This document shows positions 27,444-36,272 of a DNA stretch of 41,969 bases, one piece after another. Origin of the DNA: an uncultured Eubacteriales bacterium (lineage in GTDB: Bacteria > Bacillota > Clostridia > Christensenellales > Aristaeellaceae); assembly GCA_902782865.1 (NCBI GenBank), contig CACZOZ010000199.1:1-41969 (forward strand), in the 5' to 3' direction. Below the pieces are notes generated by a model. It saw only the letters and a program-made list of their open reading frames with translations. It was not told the DNA's origin and ran no database searches. Positions within the stretch are counted from its first letter, which is position 1; each line of letters starts with the position of its first letter. The position numbers and the translations under genes were made by a program.

Positions 27444-27463
27444 CAGGATCCCCGTCCTCAAAA

Positions 27464-27820
27464 ATGATCAGGATCATTGAGCGCGGTGTGGTGGTCTGTC
27501 TCGTATTGTCTGTGCTTGCGGGCATCCTCATCACGCTGAAAGCATCACCGGTCGGCCGGACGTACCAAAGGAATGAAGCTTCTCGGGGATCCATTCTTGA
27601 TGGTGCGCCGGCCGCCGTGTACGTCGGTACGATCTCGCCGAATACCGCTTCGATCGAAGAACTGATGACGATCCCCGGGATCGGTGAAAAAACGGCTCGC
27701 GCCATCGTGGATGAGAGGGAAGAGAACGGGCCGTTTTATTACCTGCAGGATCTTGTCGCAGTCAAAGGGATCGGTCTTAAAAAACTGGAAGTTTTTTCGC
27801 AGTATTTCTGCCTTCCCTGA
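27464..27820 (+). CDS. ComEA-family membrane-anchored helix-hairpin-helix DNA-binding protein (short form)
   Basis: It has the TM helix 'VVVCLVLSVLAGILITL' and HhH repeats 'LMTIPGIGEKTARAIV' and 'LVAVKGIGLKKLE'. I chose the internal ATG at 27464 because the upstream part of the track ORF overlaps the zinc-ribbon gene out of frame. Confidence 0.75.
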   Translation: MIRIIERGVVVCLVLSVLAGILITLKASPVGRTYQRNEASRGSILDGAPAAVYVGTISPNTASIEELMTIPGIGEKTARAIVDEREENGPFYYLQDLVAVKGIGLKKLEVFSQYFCLP

Positions 27821-27831
27821 AAGGATCATGA

Positions 27832-28350
27832 ATGGCTAACGAATTGAAATCCGTGTCCATCTTTACAGATGGCGCATGTTCCGGTAATCCGGGCCCGGGC
27901 GGCTGGGCCGCGATCCTGAGATACGGAGCCCATGAAAAGGAAATATCCGGCAATATGTCGCATACGACCAACAACCGTATGGAGATCTTCGCTCTGATCA
28001 GCGCGCTGGGCCAGCTGAAAGTTCCCTGCAGGGTGGATGTGTACTCCGACTCGGCGTATCTCGTCAATGCTTTCAACGAAAACTGGATCAGGCAGTGGAA
28101 AGCCAATCAATGGAAAACAAAAGAGGGGAAACCGGTGCTGAACCAGGACCTCTGGAAGCTGCTTGACATCACGATCCGAAAAAAAGAGCATATCGTTTCT
28201 TTTCATAAAGTGAAGGGTCACAGTGATCATCCGGAAAACAACCGCTGCGATAAAATGGCGCGGGAAGAGATCAGGAAATTCTTCAGGATCAATCCGGATC
28301 TGGGCGATCCCGAACATTTCGACTTGATAGACGCGGGATCGAATGAATAG
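27832..28350 (+). CDS. rnhA: Ribonuclease HI
   Basis: 'IFTDGACSGNPGPGGW', 'TNNRMEI', 'YSDSAY' and 'KVKGHSDHPENNRCDKMA' are present, so the DEDD/His catalytic set is intact. Confidence 0.9.
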   Translation: MANELKSVSIFTDGACSGNPGPGGWAAILRYGAHEKEISGNMSHTTNNRMEIFALISALGQLKVPCRVDVYSDSAYLVNAFNENWIRQWKANQWKTKEGKPVLNQDLWKLLDITIRKKEHIVSFHKVKGHSDHPENNRCDKMAREEIRKFFRINPDLGDPEHFDLIDAGSNE

Positions 28351-28372
28351 GGGGAAGCTGTAGGCAAATAAT

Positions 28373-28410
28373 CTATTTATTCGCAAAAGAAAACTTTTAC
28401 GAAGAAATAG
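28373..28410. repeat. 38-bp AT-rich imperfect palindrome; the inner 28 bp fit an 11-6-11 tyrosine-recombinase core-site layout (candidate dif-like site)
   Basis: The sequence is CTATTTATTCGCAAAAG-AAAA-CTTTTACGAAGAAATAG, with arms matching at 15/17. The inner reading is TATTCGCAAAA (28378-88) / GAAAAC (28389-94) / TTTTACGAAGA (28395-405), with arms matching at 9/11. The repeat itself is certain; its function is inferred. Confidence 0.5.
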
Positions 28411-28421
28411 GTCCAAAACCA

Positions 28422-28451
28422 TTGATTTTGAAGCGCTTTTTATGGTATGAT
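28422..28451 (+). promoter_or_regulatory. Candidate extended -10 promoter for the recombinase gene
   Basis: TTGATT (28422-27) is separated by an 18-nt spacer from TGgTATGAT (-10 at 28446-51), about 75 nt upstream of the ATG. Confidence 0.5.
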
Positions 28452-28525
28452 CGTTCCGGCGGTATTAACACAGCAAGTATCCCGGATCAACGATCATCCT
28501 TTTTATTTCAGGAGTATTATTCCAA

Positions 28526-29590
28526 ATGGATAATTACAAAGCTCAGTCCGATATCAAAAATCTTGAAAAGCTTCGTACGCTCCAGAAAGAACTGCCCGTT
28601 GTGTGCAGCAGTTTTTTCCGCTCGATCTCGCAGACCACCAGTACATTGACCAGGCTGGCTTACGCCTACGATTTCCGGGTCTTCTTCCAGTACCTCTGCG
28701 CGGAATCCCCTGCGTTCGCGGGAGCGATCCCGGCCACGATCGATAATAAGATGCTCAATGAGATCACGGGTCATGACATAGAACTCTATCAAGAATATTT
28801 GATGCAATATTTTAAAGATACAGTTAATGGGCAGACGCTGATACAAAATCATGAGCTTGGCATCATGCGCAAGATGTCATCCATCCGTTCTCTTTTTGAT
28901 TATCTGTATCGGAATTCGATCGTTTCCGCGAACGTGACCACCCTGATCCCTCTGCCTAAGCTTCACGACAAACCGATCCTCAGGCTGGATGATGAGGAAA
29001 TGAAAAAAATGATCCATGCCGCCGGTACCGGTGAAGGTCTCAGCGAACGACAGGAGGCTTTCAGAAAGTATACCGGTGCCAGGGATTATGCCATGATCAT
29101 GCTGTTCCTGGGTACCGGGATCCGGGTCAGCGAATGCGTCGGCCTGGACATCGATGACATCGATTTTCACGAGAATGCTTTTGCCGTTACCCGCAAAGGC
29201 GGCGATCGGGTCATCCTGTATTTTCCCGACGAGGTCGCGGAAGCTTTGCAGGCTTATTTAACGCTGCGAAAACAGACTGAGGCGGAACCTGGCCATGAAT
29301 CCGCTCTGTTTTTGTCGATGCAGCGGAAGAGGATCACGCAGCGCGCTGTACAGAATATGGTCAAGAAATACGCGCTGATCGCCGCACCGTTAAAAGACCG
29401 TCTCAGTCCGCACAAGCTGAGAAGTACGTACGGCACGAATCTTTACCTTGAAACAGGTGATATCTATCTCGTGGCGGACGCCCTTGGGCATTCGGATGTC
29501 AATACCACGAGAAAACACTATGCCGATATGACGGACGATCGCCGTCGTGAAGCCGCCAGGCATGTGCGTTTGACAAGATCCGACGAATGA
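28526..29590 (+). CDS. Long-form Xer-type tyrosine recombinase (XerS-like architecture)
   Basis: It is 354 aa. The catalytic set is complete: 'GTGIRVSE' (Arg), 'VTRKGGDR' (Lys hairpin), 'SPHKLRST' (His-x-x-Arg), 'LGHSD' (His) and 'TRKHY' (Tyr). It is flanked by housekeeping genes. Confidence 0.85.
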   Translation: MDNYKAQSDIKNLEKLRTLQKELPVVCSSFFRSISQTTSTLTRLAYAYDFRVFFQYLCAESPAFAGAIPATIDNKMLNEITGHDIELYQEYLMQYFKDTVNGQTLIQNHELGIMRKMSSIRSLFDYLYRNSIVSANVTTLIPLPKLHDKPILRLDDEEMKKMIHAAGTGEGLSERQEAFRKYTGARDYAMIMLFLGTGIRVSECVGLDIDDIDFHENAFAVTRKGGDRVILYFPDEVAEALQAYLTLRKQTEAEPGHESALFLSMQRKRITQRAVQNMVKKYALIAAPLKDRLSPHKLRSTYGTNLYLETGDIYLVADALGHSDVNTTRKHYADMTDDRRREAARHVRLTRSDE

Positions 29591-29621
29591 CTCTGATCCG
29601 TTTGGATCATGGATCCTCATT

Positions 29622-29655
29622 AAAAAACCGAACGATCAAACGTCGTTCGGTTTTT
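29622..29655. terminator. Bidirectional intrinsic terminator between the convergent recombinase and rsmA genes
   Basis: AAAAAA is followed by the stem CCGAACGA (29628-35), a 7-nt loop, the stem TCGTTCGG (29643-50), and TTTTT. Confidence 0.7.
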
Positions 29656-29659
29656 CTGA

Positions 29660-30517
29660 TCAATGCTTTTTCAAATATTCTGAAAGGGCTTCGGTCAGCT
29701 GATAGATCTCTTCAATGCGGAGGGTCTCCCCTCTTCGTGACGGATCGATCCCGGATGTTTTCAATATATCATCCGCCGCATGACGGTCAAGATGAAACCG
29801 GGCTGTCAGGTTGTTCAGCAGTGTTTTTCTCCGCAGGTAAAACAGTGTATCGCAGACGGATAAAAACAGCCGCTCAAGATCGGGGTCCGCGCCAAAACGC
29901 GGCGTTTTATCCATATCCAGACGGATGAATGCGCTGTCGACGTTCGGGCTCGGATGAAACCGCTCTCTCGGGACATACATGCCAAATGACGGTTCAGAGT
30001 AGTAATGGGCCAACAGGCTGATCAACGCGTAATCCTTGTCGCCGGGACCGGCGAGGATCTTCTCACCGACTTCCTTCTGGACGAGAAGAGAAGCAGACTT
30101 TAGTCTCTTTAAGGTGAAAAGCTTTCTGATGATGTCATTCGTGATGTAATAAGGGATGTTGGCCACGACCTTGGGGGTCCCGCTGAAACTGTCAATGATC
30201 CCGTCAAGGTCTGTTTTGAGCACATCGGCGTGGATCAAACGCACGCGGTCATTGAATGCAAACCGTACCTGAAGCGCCGGGATCAGCGAGTCATCCACTT
30301 CGATGGTGACGACTTCTCCGGCGGTCTCGGATAATATGTCCGTCAGGGTGCCCAGTCCCGTTCCGATCTCAAGAACAGAATCGTTTTTTGTTATCTGCGC
30401 GTGTGAGACCAGATCTGTCAGCAGGTCGTCATCCAGAATGAAATTCTGGCCCAGACTCTTTTTTGTCCTGATCTGTTCGGGGTGCTTTTTGCTCCTGTGG
30501 ATCGCCCGGTCATTCAT
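29660..30517 (-). CDS. rsmA: 16S rRNA (adenine1518/1519-N6)-dimethyltransferase
   Basis: 'KKSLGQNFI', 'EIGTGLGTLT' and 'ANIPYYIT' are present. ATGA overlap with rsgA. Confidence 0.95.
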   Translation of the reverse strand: MNDRAIHRSKKHPEQIRTKKSLGQNFILDDDLLTDLVSHAQITKNDSVLEIGTGLGTLTDILSETAGEVVTIEVDDSLIPALQVRFAFNDRVRLIHADVLKTDLDGIIDSFSGTPKVVANIPYYITNDIIRKLFTLKRLKSASLLVQKEVGEKILAGPGDKDYALISLLAHYYSEPSFGMYVPRERFHPSPNVDSAFIRLDMDKTPRFGADPDLERLFLSVCDTLFYLRRKTLLNNLTARFHLDRHAADDILKTSGIDPSRRGETLRIEEIYQLTEALSEYLKKH

Positions 30518-31404
30518 TTAAATCGTTCCTTCCATAGTTCCTGATCTTTATGCAGGATATCCACATAGCGCCGGTAACGGTCACGATGGATCGTGGTATC
30601 CACAGCCGCTTTCACGGAGCATCCGGGTTCTTTGTCGTGAAAACACGGGGAGAAACGGCATTTATCCTTGAATGGTTTGAATTCGGGATAGTAGTCCTGC
30701 AGCAGTACCGGCTCTTCTGCGTTTTCTTCTTCAAGCAGTGAAAAACCGGGCGTATCAAAAAGCCAGATCTCGTCCACATGGAATAACTGTGTATGGCGTG
30801 TCGTGTTTCTGCCCCGTTTGATATGCTCGCTCAGCGAGCCGGTCTGCGTATCGATGTTCAGAAGTTGATTCAGCAGGGTGGATTTCCCCACGCCTGACTG
30901 ACCGCTCAGGCAGGCGTGCTCTCCCTTCAGGACCGATCTGATCCCTGAAAGATCCTCCCTGCTTCCGTAGGCCATCGGCAAGACCCGGAAGCCTGCCGTT
31001 TGATAGACAGCCTGAGCCTGCTCATACATCAGACCGCCGTCCAGATCACATTTTGTAACGACGATCAAACTTTTGACTGATTTTTTTTGCGCCTGGATCA
31101 GCATTCTGTCCAGGAGCCCCCAGTCGGGAGCCGGTTCGGACGCGATAAGGGTCAGCATCAAAGTAATGTTTGCAACAGGCGGGCGCGTCATCTCATTCTG
31201 GCGGGGATGGATCTCCTCGATCCATCCGTGCTCGTCAGAATCCGCCTGTCCGGGGGTAAAATCGATGATATCCCCCACCAGGGGCTGAATATGCATCCGG
31301 CGGAATTTCTTCTTGGCACGCAGGACGTATTCGGTGCCGGTCCCGTTTTCAACAGCCGTATAGAGCCCGCCGCGCCCCTGGGAAATGGTTCCTCTGATCA
31401 GCAT
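30514..31404 (-). CDS. rsgA: Ribosome small-subunit-dependent GTPase A
   Basis: The circularly permuted GTPase has 'TKCDL' before 'GQSGVGKSTLLN'. The C-terminal zinc cluster is 'CRFSPCFHDKEPGC'. Confidence 0.9.
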   Translation of the reverse strand: MLIRGTISQGRGGLYTAVENGTGTEYVLRAKKKFRRMHIQPLVGDIIDFTPGQADSDEHGWIEEIHPRQNEMTRPPVANITLMLTLIASEPAPDWGLLDRMLIQAQKKSVKSLIVVTKCDLDGGLMYEQAQAVYQTAGFRVLPMAYGSREDLSGIRSVLKGEHACLSGQSGVGKSTLLNQLLNIDTQTGSLSEHIKRGRNTTRHTQLFHVDEIWLFDTPGFSLLEEENAEEPVLLQDYYPEFKPFKDKCRFSPCFHDKEPGCSVKAAVDTTIHRDRYRRYVDILHKDQELWKERFK

Positions 31405-33089
31405 CAGTTACCGCTGCCTTCTCTCTGTACTCTTTGCACAGCCAGGATCACCTGTATGCCGCAGTTCAGCATCACTTCCTGTCCCGGCTCCAGGATGTTG
31501 TTATTCTCATCCAGATACTGCTGGGTCACGATCTTATCGTTGAGCGCTTCGTCTGAGACATATTCGATGGTCATATCTTTGATCTTTATCCCTTTCTGGG
31601 CGATGATCGATTTGGCCTCATCCAAAGGCATGCCCACCAAACTGGACAGGATCGTGCTGCCGCCGCTCAGCTTGACTTGTATGATACCGTTCTGTGAGAG
31701 GACTGTCCCCGCTTTCGGGTCCTGGCTGATCACAGTTCCGTATTCGAGTGATGACAGCACCCTTTCAGGCAGCACCAGCATGGTGAAGCCATATCGCTCA
31801 AGCTCCTTCATGGCGGAGTCACTGCTTTTTCCGATGACATCGGGGATCTCCTGCGGATCGGGACCGGTGGAGATCGTGATCGCGATGCTTTCGCCCTTGC
31901 GCATATTCGTGTCAAAATCAGGCGTCTGCATAATGACCTGCCCGCGCGGTACCTGCGAATGGCTCGCTCTGGATATCTCGGCTTTCAATCCCGCTTTATT
32001 GATCAGATTCAGGGCGGATTCTTCGGTCTCATTGACCAGATAAGGCGCGGAGGTCGATTTGATGATGATATCCGCCAGATACCGGGTGCCCCAAACGATC
32101 GATAAGAGCGCGAAGACCGTGCAGGCTGTCACGACGATCCATTTTACATGCCTTGCCGGCATGATAACGGGCTTATCGTTATTATTGTTCGTTTTTTCCT
32201 TTTCAAAGATCGGGATGATGCCGCTGTCCTGATCGTCGTCTGCTTCAAGGACACTGTCCGGTGAATGGAGCACATGATGCAGATCCTGGGCCATTTCGAA
32301 AGCGCTCTGATAACGTTTTTCGGGCTTCTTTTCCATAGCCTTTTTGACGATCCGTACCATTGACCGGGGAATATCCTTGACATAATTGGTCATCGGAACA
32401 GGATCGTTCTTGATCTGCATCATCGCGATGGTGACCGGTGTTTCGCCGTCAAAGGGCACATGACCTGTCAGCATCTCATACAAGACGATGCCGACACTGT
32501 AGATATCGCTGGCTGTCGTCACTTCTTCTCCCCGCGCCTGTTCCGGTGAGAAGTAATAAACGGAGCCCATGATATTATCATTCTTCGAAAGAGTGCCGCC
32601 GCCCGCCATATGAGCGATACCGAAATCAGCTACCTTGATATGGCCCTCGGAATGCACAAGGATGTTTTGCGGTTTGATATCCCGGTGGATGATGCCGTTT
32701 TTATGGGCATGCTGAAGGGCCGACAGTATCCGGATGGCTACCTGGGCCGCCACATCATAGGGCATCGCGCCCCTGTCCAGAATGACTTCTTTCAAAGTTT
32801 TTCCCTGGACATATTCCATGACGAGATACCGGTATCCCTGGTCATTGCCGACATCAAGCAGATTGACGATGTTATGATGGCTCATTTTGCTTGCGGCGGC
32901 AGCTTCGCGGTCGAACCTCTCCAGGAATTCCTCGTCATCGTTGTATTCGGGATTAAGGATCTTCACGGCTACCTGATGCCCGGTCCTCAGATCGTTCGCG
33001 AGGTAGACGATCGCCATGCCGCCTTTGCCGATCATGTCGACGAGCTGATATCGATTATCCAGAAGCATGCCGAGGCTGATCTCACTCAT
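31404..33089 (-). CDS. prkC: Hanks-type Ser/Thr kinase with three extracellular PASTA repeats
   Basis: 'GKGGMAIVY', 'VAVK', 'HRDIKPQN', 'DFG' and 'SPE' are present, along with the TM helix 'WIVVTACTVFALLSIVW' and three PASTA-like repeats. Confidence 0.9.
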   Translation of the reverse strand: MSEISLGMLLDNRYQLVDMIGKGGMAIVYLANDLRTGHQVAVKILNPEYNDDEEFLERFDREAAAASKMSHHNIVNLLDVGNDQGYRYLVMEYVQGKTLKEVILDRGAMPYDVAAQVAIRILSALQHAHKNGIIHRDIKPQNILVHSEGHIKVADFGIAHMAGGGTLSKNDNIMGSVYYFSPEQARGEEVTTASDIYSVGIVLYEMLTGHVPFDGETPVTIAMMQIKNDPVPMTNYVKDIPRSMVRIVKKAMEKKPEKRYQSAFEMAQDLHHVLHSPDSVLEADDDQDSGIIPIFEKEKTNNNNDKPVIMPARHVKWIVVTACTVFALLSIVWGTRYLADIIIKSTSAPYLVNETEESALNLINKAGLKAEISRASHSQVPRGQVIMQTPDFDTNMRKGESIAITISTGPDPQEIPDVIGKSSDSAMKELERYGFTMLVLPERVLSSLEYGTVISQDPKAGTVLSQNGIIQVKLSGGSTILSSLVGMPLDEAKSIIAQKGIKIKDMTIEYVSDEALNDKIVTQQYLDENNNILEPGQEVMLNCGIQVILAVQRVQREGSGN

Positions 33090-33793
33090 GCTTCCACCTC
33101 CGCGATAACGATCGAGATATTATCGTGTCCCCCACGCCGCAGGACTTCGGCCAGCATCCTTTCCGCGGCATGTTTGATCGACCGATGATTCATTTCAGAC
33201 AGTATATCGGGATCTTCAAGATATTCCGTGAGACCGTCGGAACAGATCAGGAATCTGTCACCGGTCCTCAGTTCGAAAGAATCGACGTCCACATCAAGCC
33301 CGGGTTCTGTCCCGACAGCGCGGGTTATCATGTTCCTGTAAGGATGGACCCGTGCTTCCTCGGGAGTAAGGGCGCCCCGGAGGATCAGATCATTCACCAG
33401 GGAATGATCCCTGGTCAGCTGGGTCAGCTTATCATCCCTCAAAAGATACGCGCGGCTGTCCCCCACGTGTCCCAGAACGGCCCTGTGCTCATCACACCAG
33501 ATCACGGTCAAAGTGGTCCCCATCCCGTTGAGGCCCCGGTCTTCACGCTGCATGTCAAGCAGCATCATATTGGCTTTACGGAATGCGGCTGTGATATCCT
33601 CCGCATTGGGTACGGACATCGCGAGCGTATCGATCATGGTTTCAGCGGCCTTGGCGCTCGCGACCGCTCCTCCCACATGGCCCCCCATACCATCGGCTAT
33701 ACCGAAGATGGGATACCGGCCCTCGTGCAGGATAACAGTATCCTCATTGACTGTTTTTTTGCATCCGGGATCAGTAACTGCCGTGATCTTCAT
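33086..33793 (-). CDS. stp: PP2C-family Ser/Thr phosphatase (Stp/PrpC)
   Basis: 'ADGMGGH', 'CSDGL' and 'GGHDNIS' are present. ATGA overlap with prkC. Confidence 0.9.
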   Translation of the reverse strand: MKITAVTDPGCKKTVNEDTVILHEGRYPIFGIADGMGGHVGGAVASAKAAETMIDTLAMSVPNAEDITAAFRKANMMLLDMQREDRGLNGMGTTLTVIWCDEHRAVLGHVGDSRAYLLRDDKLTQLTRDHSLVNDLILRGALTPEEARVHPYRNMITRAVGTEPGLDVDVDSFELRTGDRFLICSDGLTEYLEDPDILSEMNHRSIKHAAERMLAEVLRRGGHDNISIVIAEVEA

Positions 33794-34835
33794 CTTTCCG
33801 CTCCAGATATTTTTTTCTCAATTGACCGCAGGCACCGTCGATATCCTGGCCAAGGCTCCGACGCATCGTGACGGAGATACCGCCCTTTTCGAGCTGGTCG
33901 AAAAAACTCTTGATACGTGCGGGGCCGGGAGCGTTCAATTCCCGTTCCTTAACGCTGTTCAAAGCGATGAGGTTGACGTGGAACGGCCCGCCTTTCAACA
34001 ATGCGATCAGATCCGCGGCATTCCGATCACTGCAGTTGACGCCGTCGATCAGCGCGTATTCGATTATGATGCGTCTCCCCGTTTTCGCGAAATAACCTTT
34101 GCAGGCTTCGATGGTCTCGGGGATGGTATAAGCGTTTGCCACCGGCATGATCCGTTTGCGCGCATCATCCGTCGGCGCGTGCAGCGACAAAGACAAGGTA
34201 ACGGGAAGGCCTTCGTCTGTGAAGCGCCGGATCTCCGGGACGAGCCCGCAGGTGCTCAGGGATATGTGCCTCAGGCCGATGTTGATCCCCTTGGGATGAT
34301 TGACCAGATGCAGGAACCGGACCACGTTGTCATAGTTGTCAAAAGGTTCGCCGCTTCCCATCAATACGACGTTGTGGACTTTTTCGTCTTTATCTTTCAA
34401 ATACACGTTCGCGCATATGATCTGCCCGAGGATCTCCCCGGCAGAAAGATCACGCGCTTTTCCTTCCAGGGTGCTCGCGCAGAAACGGCATCCCATCCGA
34501 CATCCGACCTGCGTGGAAACGCACAGTGTGCGCCCGTACTTGTAGTGCATCAGGACGCCTTCCACGCAGTTGCCGTCGCTCATGCGGTAAATGAACTTGA
34601 CGGTATCGTCGAGTTTTGACGGAAACACTTTCTCGATAGCCACAGGCTGGTCGATCGTATCCTCTGACAGGTGCCGGCGCAGAGAAAGAGGCAGATTCTC
34701 GATCTGCTCCGTCTTTTTGCCTCTGTGGAGAGCTTCAAAAAGCTGATCGGCGCGGTAAGGCTTTTCCCCGTAGCCGCAGACGATCTCCTTGAGTTCTTCC
34801 GGTGTGCAGTTCAATAATTGCAGTGCGTTCGTCAT
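33771..34835 (-). CDS. rlmN: 23S rRNA/tRNA (adenine-C2)-methyltransferase RlmN (radical SAM)
   Basis: The 'GCRMGCRFCAS' CxxxCxxC cluster, 'MGSGEP' and a C-terminal 'GACGQL' are present. Confidence 0.95.
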   Translation of the reverse strand: MTNALQLLNCTPEELKEIVCGYGEKPYRADQLFEALHRGKKTEQIENLPLSLRRHLSEDTIDQPVAIEKVFPSKLDDTVKFIYRMSDGNCVEGVLMHYKYGRTLCVSTQVGCRMGCRFCASTLEGKARDLSAGEILGQIICANVYLKDKDEKVHNVVLMGSGEPFDNYDNVVRFLHLVNHPKGINIGLRHISLSTCGLVPEIRRFTDEGLPVTLSLSLHAPTDDARKRIMPVANAYTIPETIEACKGYFAKTGRRIIIEYALIDGVNCSDRNAADLIALLKGGPFHVNLIALNSVKERELNAPGPARIKSFFDQLEKGGISVTMRRSLGQDIDGACGQLRKKYLERKDEDHGSY

Positions 34836-36253
34836 TTTCTGTTCTTTCTGAGACGGGCGAAGAAAAATCCATCCAATCCGGGATGAGAACCGGTCAGGAT
34901 CCTGTAGCCGCTGGTGCGGTCATCGTGGAATACAGGCAGATGGTCATAAGCTGGGATGCTTTCGAGCACAAATTCGGGATGCTCCCGCAAAAAAGCGGCG
35001 ATCCGGTCTTCCCCCTCCGCTTTGAACAGGGAACAAGTCGCGTAAACAAGGATGCCGCCGGTTTTCACATATCGGCTGCAGGTCTCGAGAAGCTTTCTCT
35101 GGATGTCCGCGAGCTCGTCCGTCTGTTTTGGGTCAAAGTGCATTTTGATATCGGGCTTATTGTCCATGACCCCGGTGCCGGTACAGGGAGCATCGATCAG
35201 TACCCGATCGAAGTTTTCCAGATAATCTTCTTTCAATTCCAGAGCGTCATGTTGATAAGGACGTACATTATCAAGGGCCAGCCTTTTGGCCATAGCCTTG
35301 ATCAACTCGACGCGGTGAGGATGTATGTCCCAGGCGATGATCCGCCCGGAACCGTTCATTTTTTCAGCGATATAGGCGGTCTTGCCGCCGGGCGCGGAGC
35401 AGCAGTCCAGAACGCTCATCCCGCCTCTGGCATCCAGCGCTTCAGCGGCGAGGATACTGCTGATCCCCTCGATCGAATACTCACCGTTCAGAAAACCCAT
35501 ATCTTTGCCCGCGTTGGATATGCCCCTAACGAACCAGGCGTCCCATATATCCGATTTTTCACAGGTCCACACTTTCGTTTTAAGGAAGTTTTCGAACTTC
35601 TCAGGGGTCGCATAACGCATCATATTCGGCCTGATGGTCACGGCGTGATCTCCCCTGAAAGAACAGATCCGATGAGCCGTTTCGAATCCGTAATCATCGA
35701 TGAGCCTGCGGGCCAATCCTTCAGGTACCGAATCGGTCAATGAGATATAGGCCGCGGGCTCTTCTTTCATGTCAGGCCAAACGACGCCGTCTCCCGAGGT
35801 GATCGTTTTGCGGAGCACCGCGTTCACGAGCCCGGCATATCTGACGCCGTCGGCCCATTTGATGAGCTTTACGGATTCGTCCACGGCAGCGTTATCGGGG
35901 ATCTTTTCCAGATAACGGATCTGGCACAGACCGATGCGCAGAACATTGCGGACGGAGAGAGCCAGTTTATCCGGTTCCTCGAGAAAAAAGGAAAGGATAT
36001 GGTCCAGCTGGATCAGGTTATCGAAAACAGAATACACGATCTTGGTGCACAGCCTTTTTTCGATCAGCGGTATCGTGCTCTGCCGAAAATGACGGTCCAG
36101 ACACAGAGACACGTATTCATTCTTCTCAAACGCGTCTTTTAAGATCAGGAAAGCCAGCTGCCGTCCGTTTTCGGCCTGCTTCGGTACGGGCGGGCGCTGC
36201 GGGGAATGCGCTTTGTAAGGAGGCTGCGCTCTGAAATGAGAGTTCGTCTTCAT
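34832..36253 (-). CDS. rsmB: 16S rRNA (cytosine967-C5)-methyltransferase
   Basis: It has an N-terminal NusB-like region, then 'DCCSAPGGKT', 'DAPCTGTG' and 'YATCS'. Confidence 0.9.
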   Translation of the reverse strand: MKTNSHFRAQPPYKAHSPQRPPVPKQAENGRQLAFLILKDAFEKNEYVSLCLDRHFRQSTIPLIEKRLCTKIVYSVFDNLIQLDHILSFFLEEPDKLALSVRNVLRIGLCQIRYLEKIPDNAAVDESVKLIKWADGVRYAGLVNAVLRKTITSGDGVVWPDMKEEPAAYISLTDSVPEGLARRLIDDYGFETAHRICSFRGDHAVTIRPNMMRYATPEKFENFLKTKVWTCEKSDIWDAWFVRGISNAGKDMGFLNGEYSIEGISSILAAEALDARGGMSVLDCCSAPGGKTAYIAEKMNGSGRIIAWDIHPHRVELIKAMAKRLALDNVRPYQHDALELKEDYLENFDRVLIDAPCTGTGVMDNKPDIKMHFDPKQTDELADIQRKLLETCSRYVKTGGILVYATCSLFKAEGEDRIAAFLREHPEFVLESIPAYDHLPVFHDDRTSGYRILTGSHPGLDGFFFARLRKNRK

Positions 36254-36272
36254 AATATGCTCCTGATAAAGT

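Noticed and set aside
27203-27463. An 87-aa N-terminal extension of the ComEA-like ORF.
   Set aside because: The extension overlaps the 3' part of the zinc-ribbon gene in another frame and is Arg-rich nonsense. The ATG at 27464 gives a normal TM-anchor N-terminus.
28422-28649. A 75-aa ORF spanning the recombinase promoter and start region.
   Set aside because: It overlaps the promoter and the first 120 nt of the recombinase CDS out of frame. It has no RBS and no recognisable features.
28526-29590. The tyrosine recombinase as the integrase of a prophage, ICE or genomic island.
   Set aside because: There is no excisionase, phage, conjugation or cargo gene on either side. No flanking tRNA or direct repeats were seen. 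The neighbours are rnhA and rsmA, so I did not call a mobile element.
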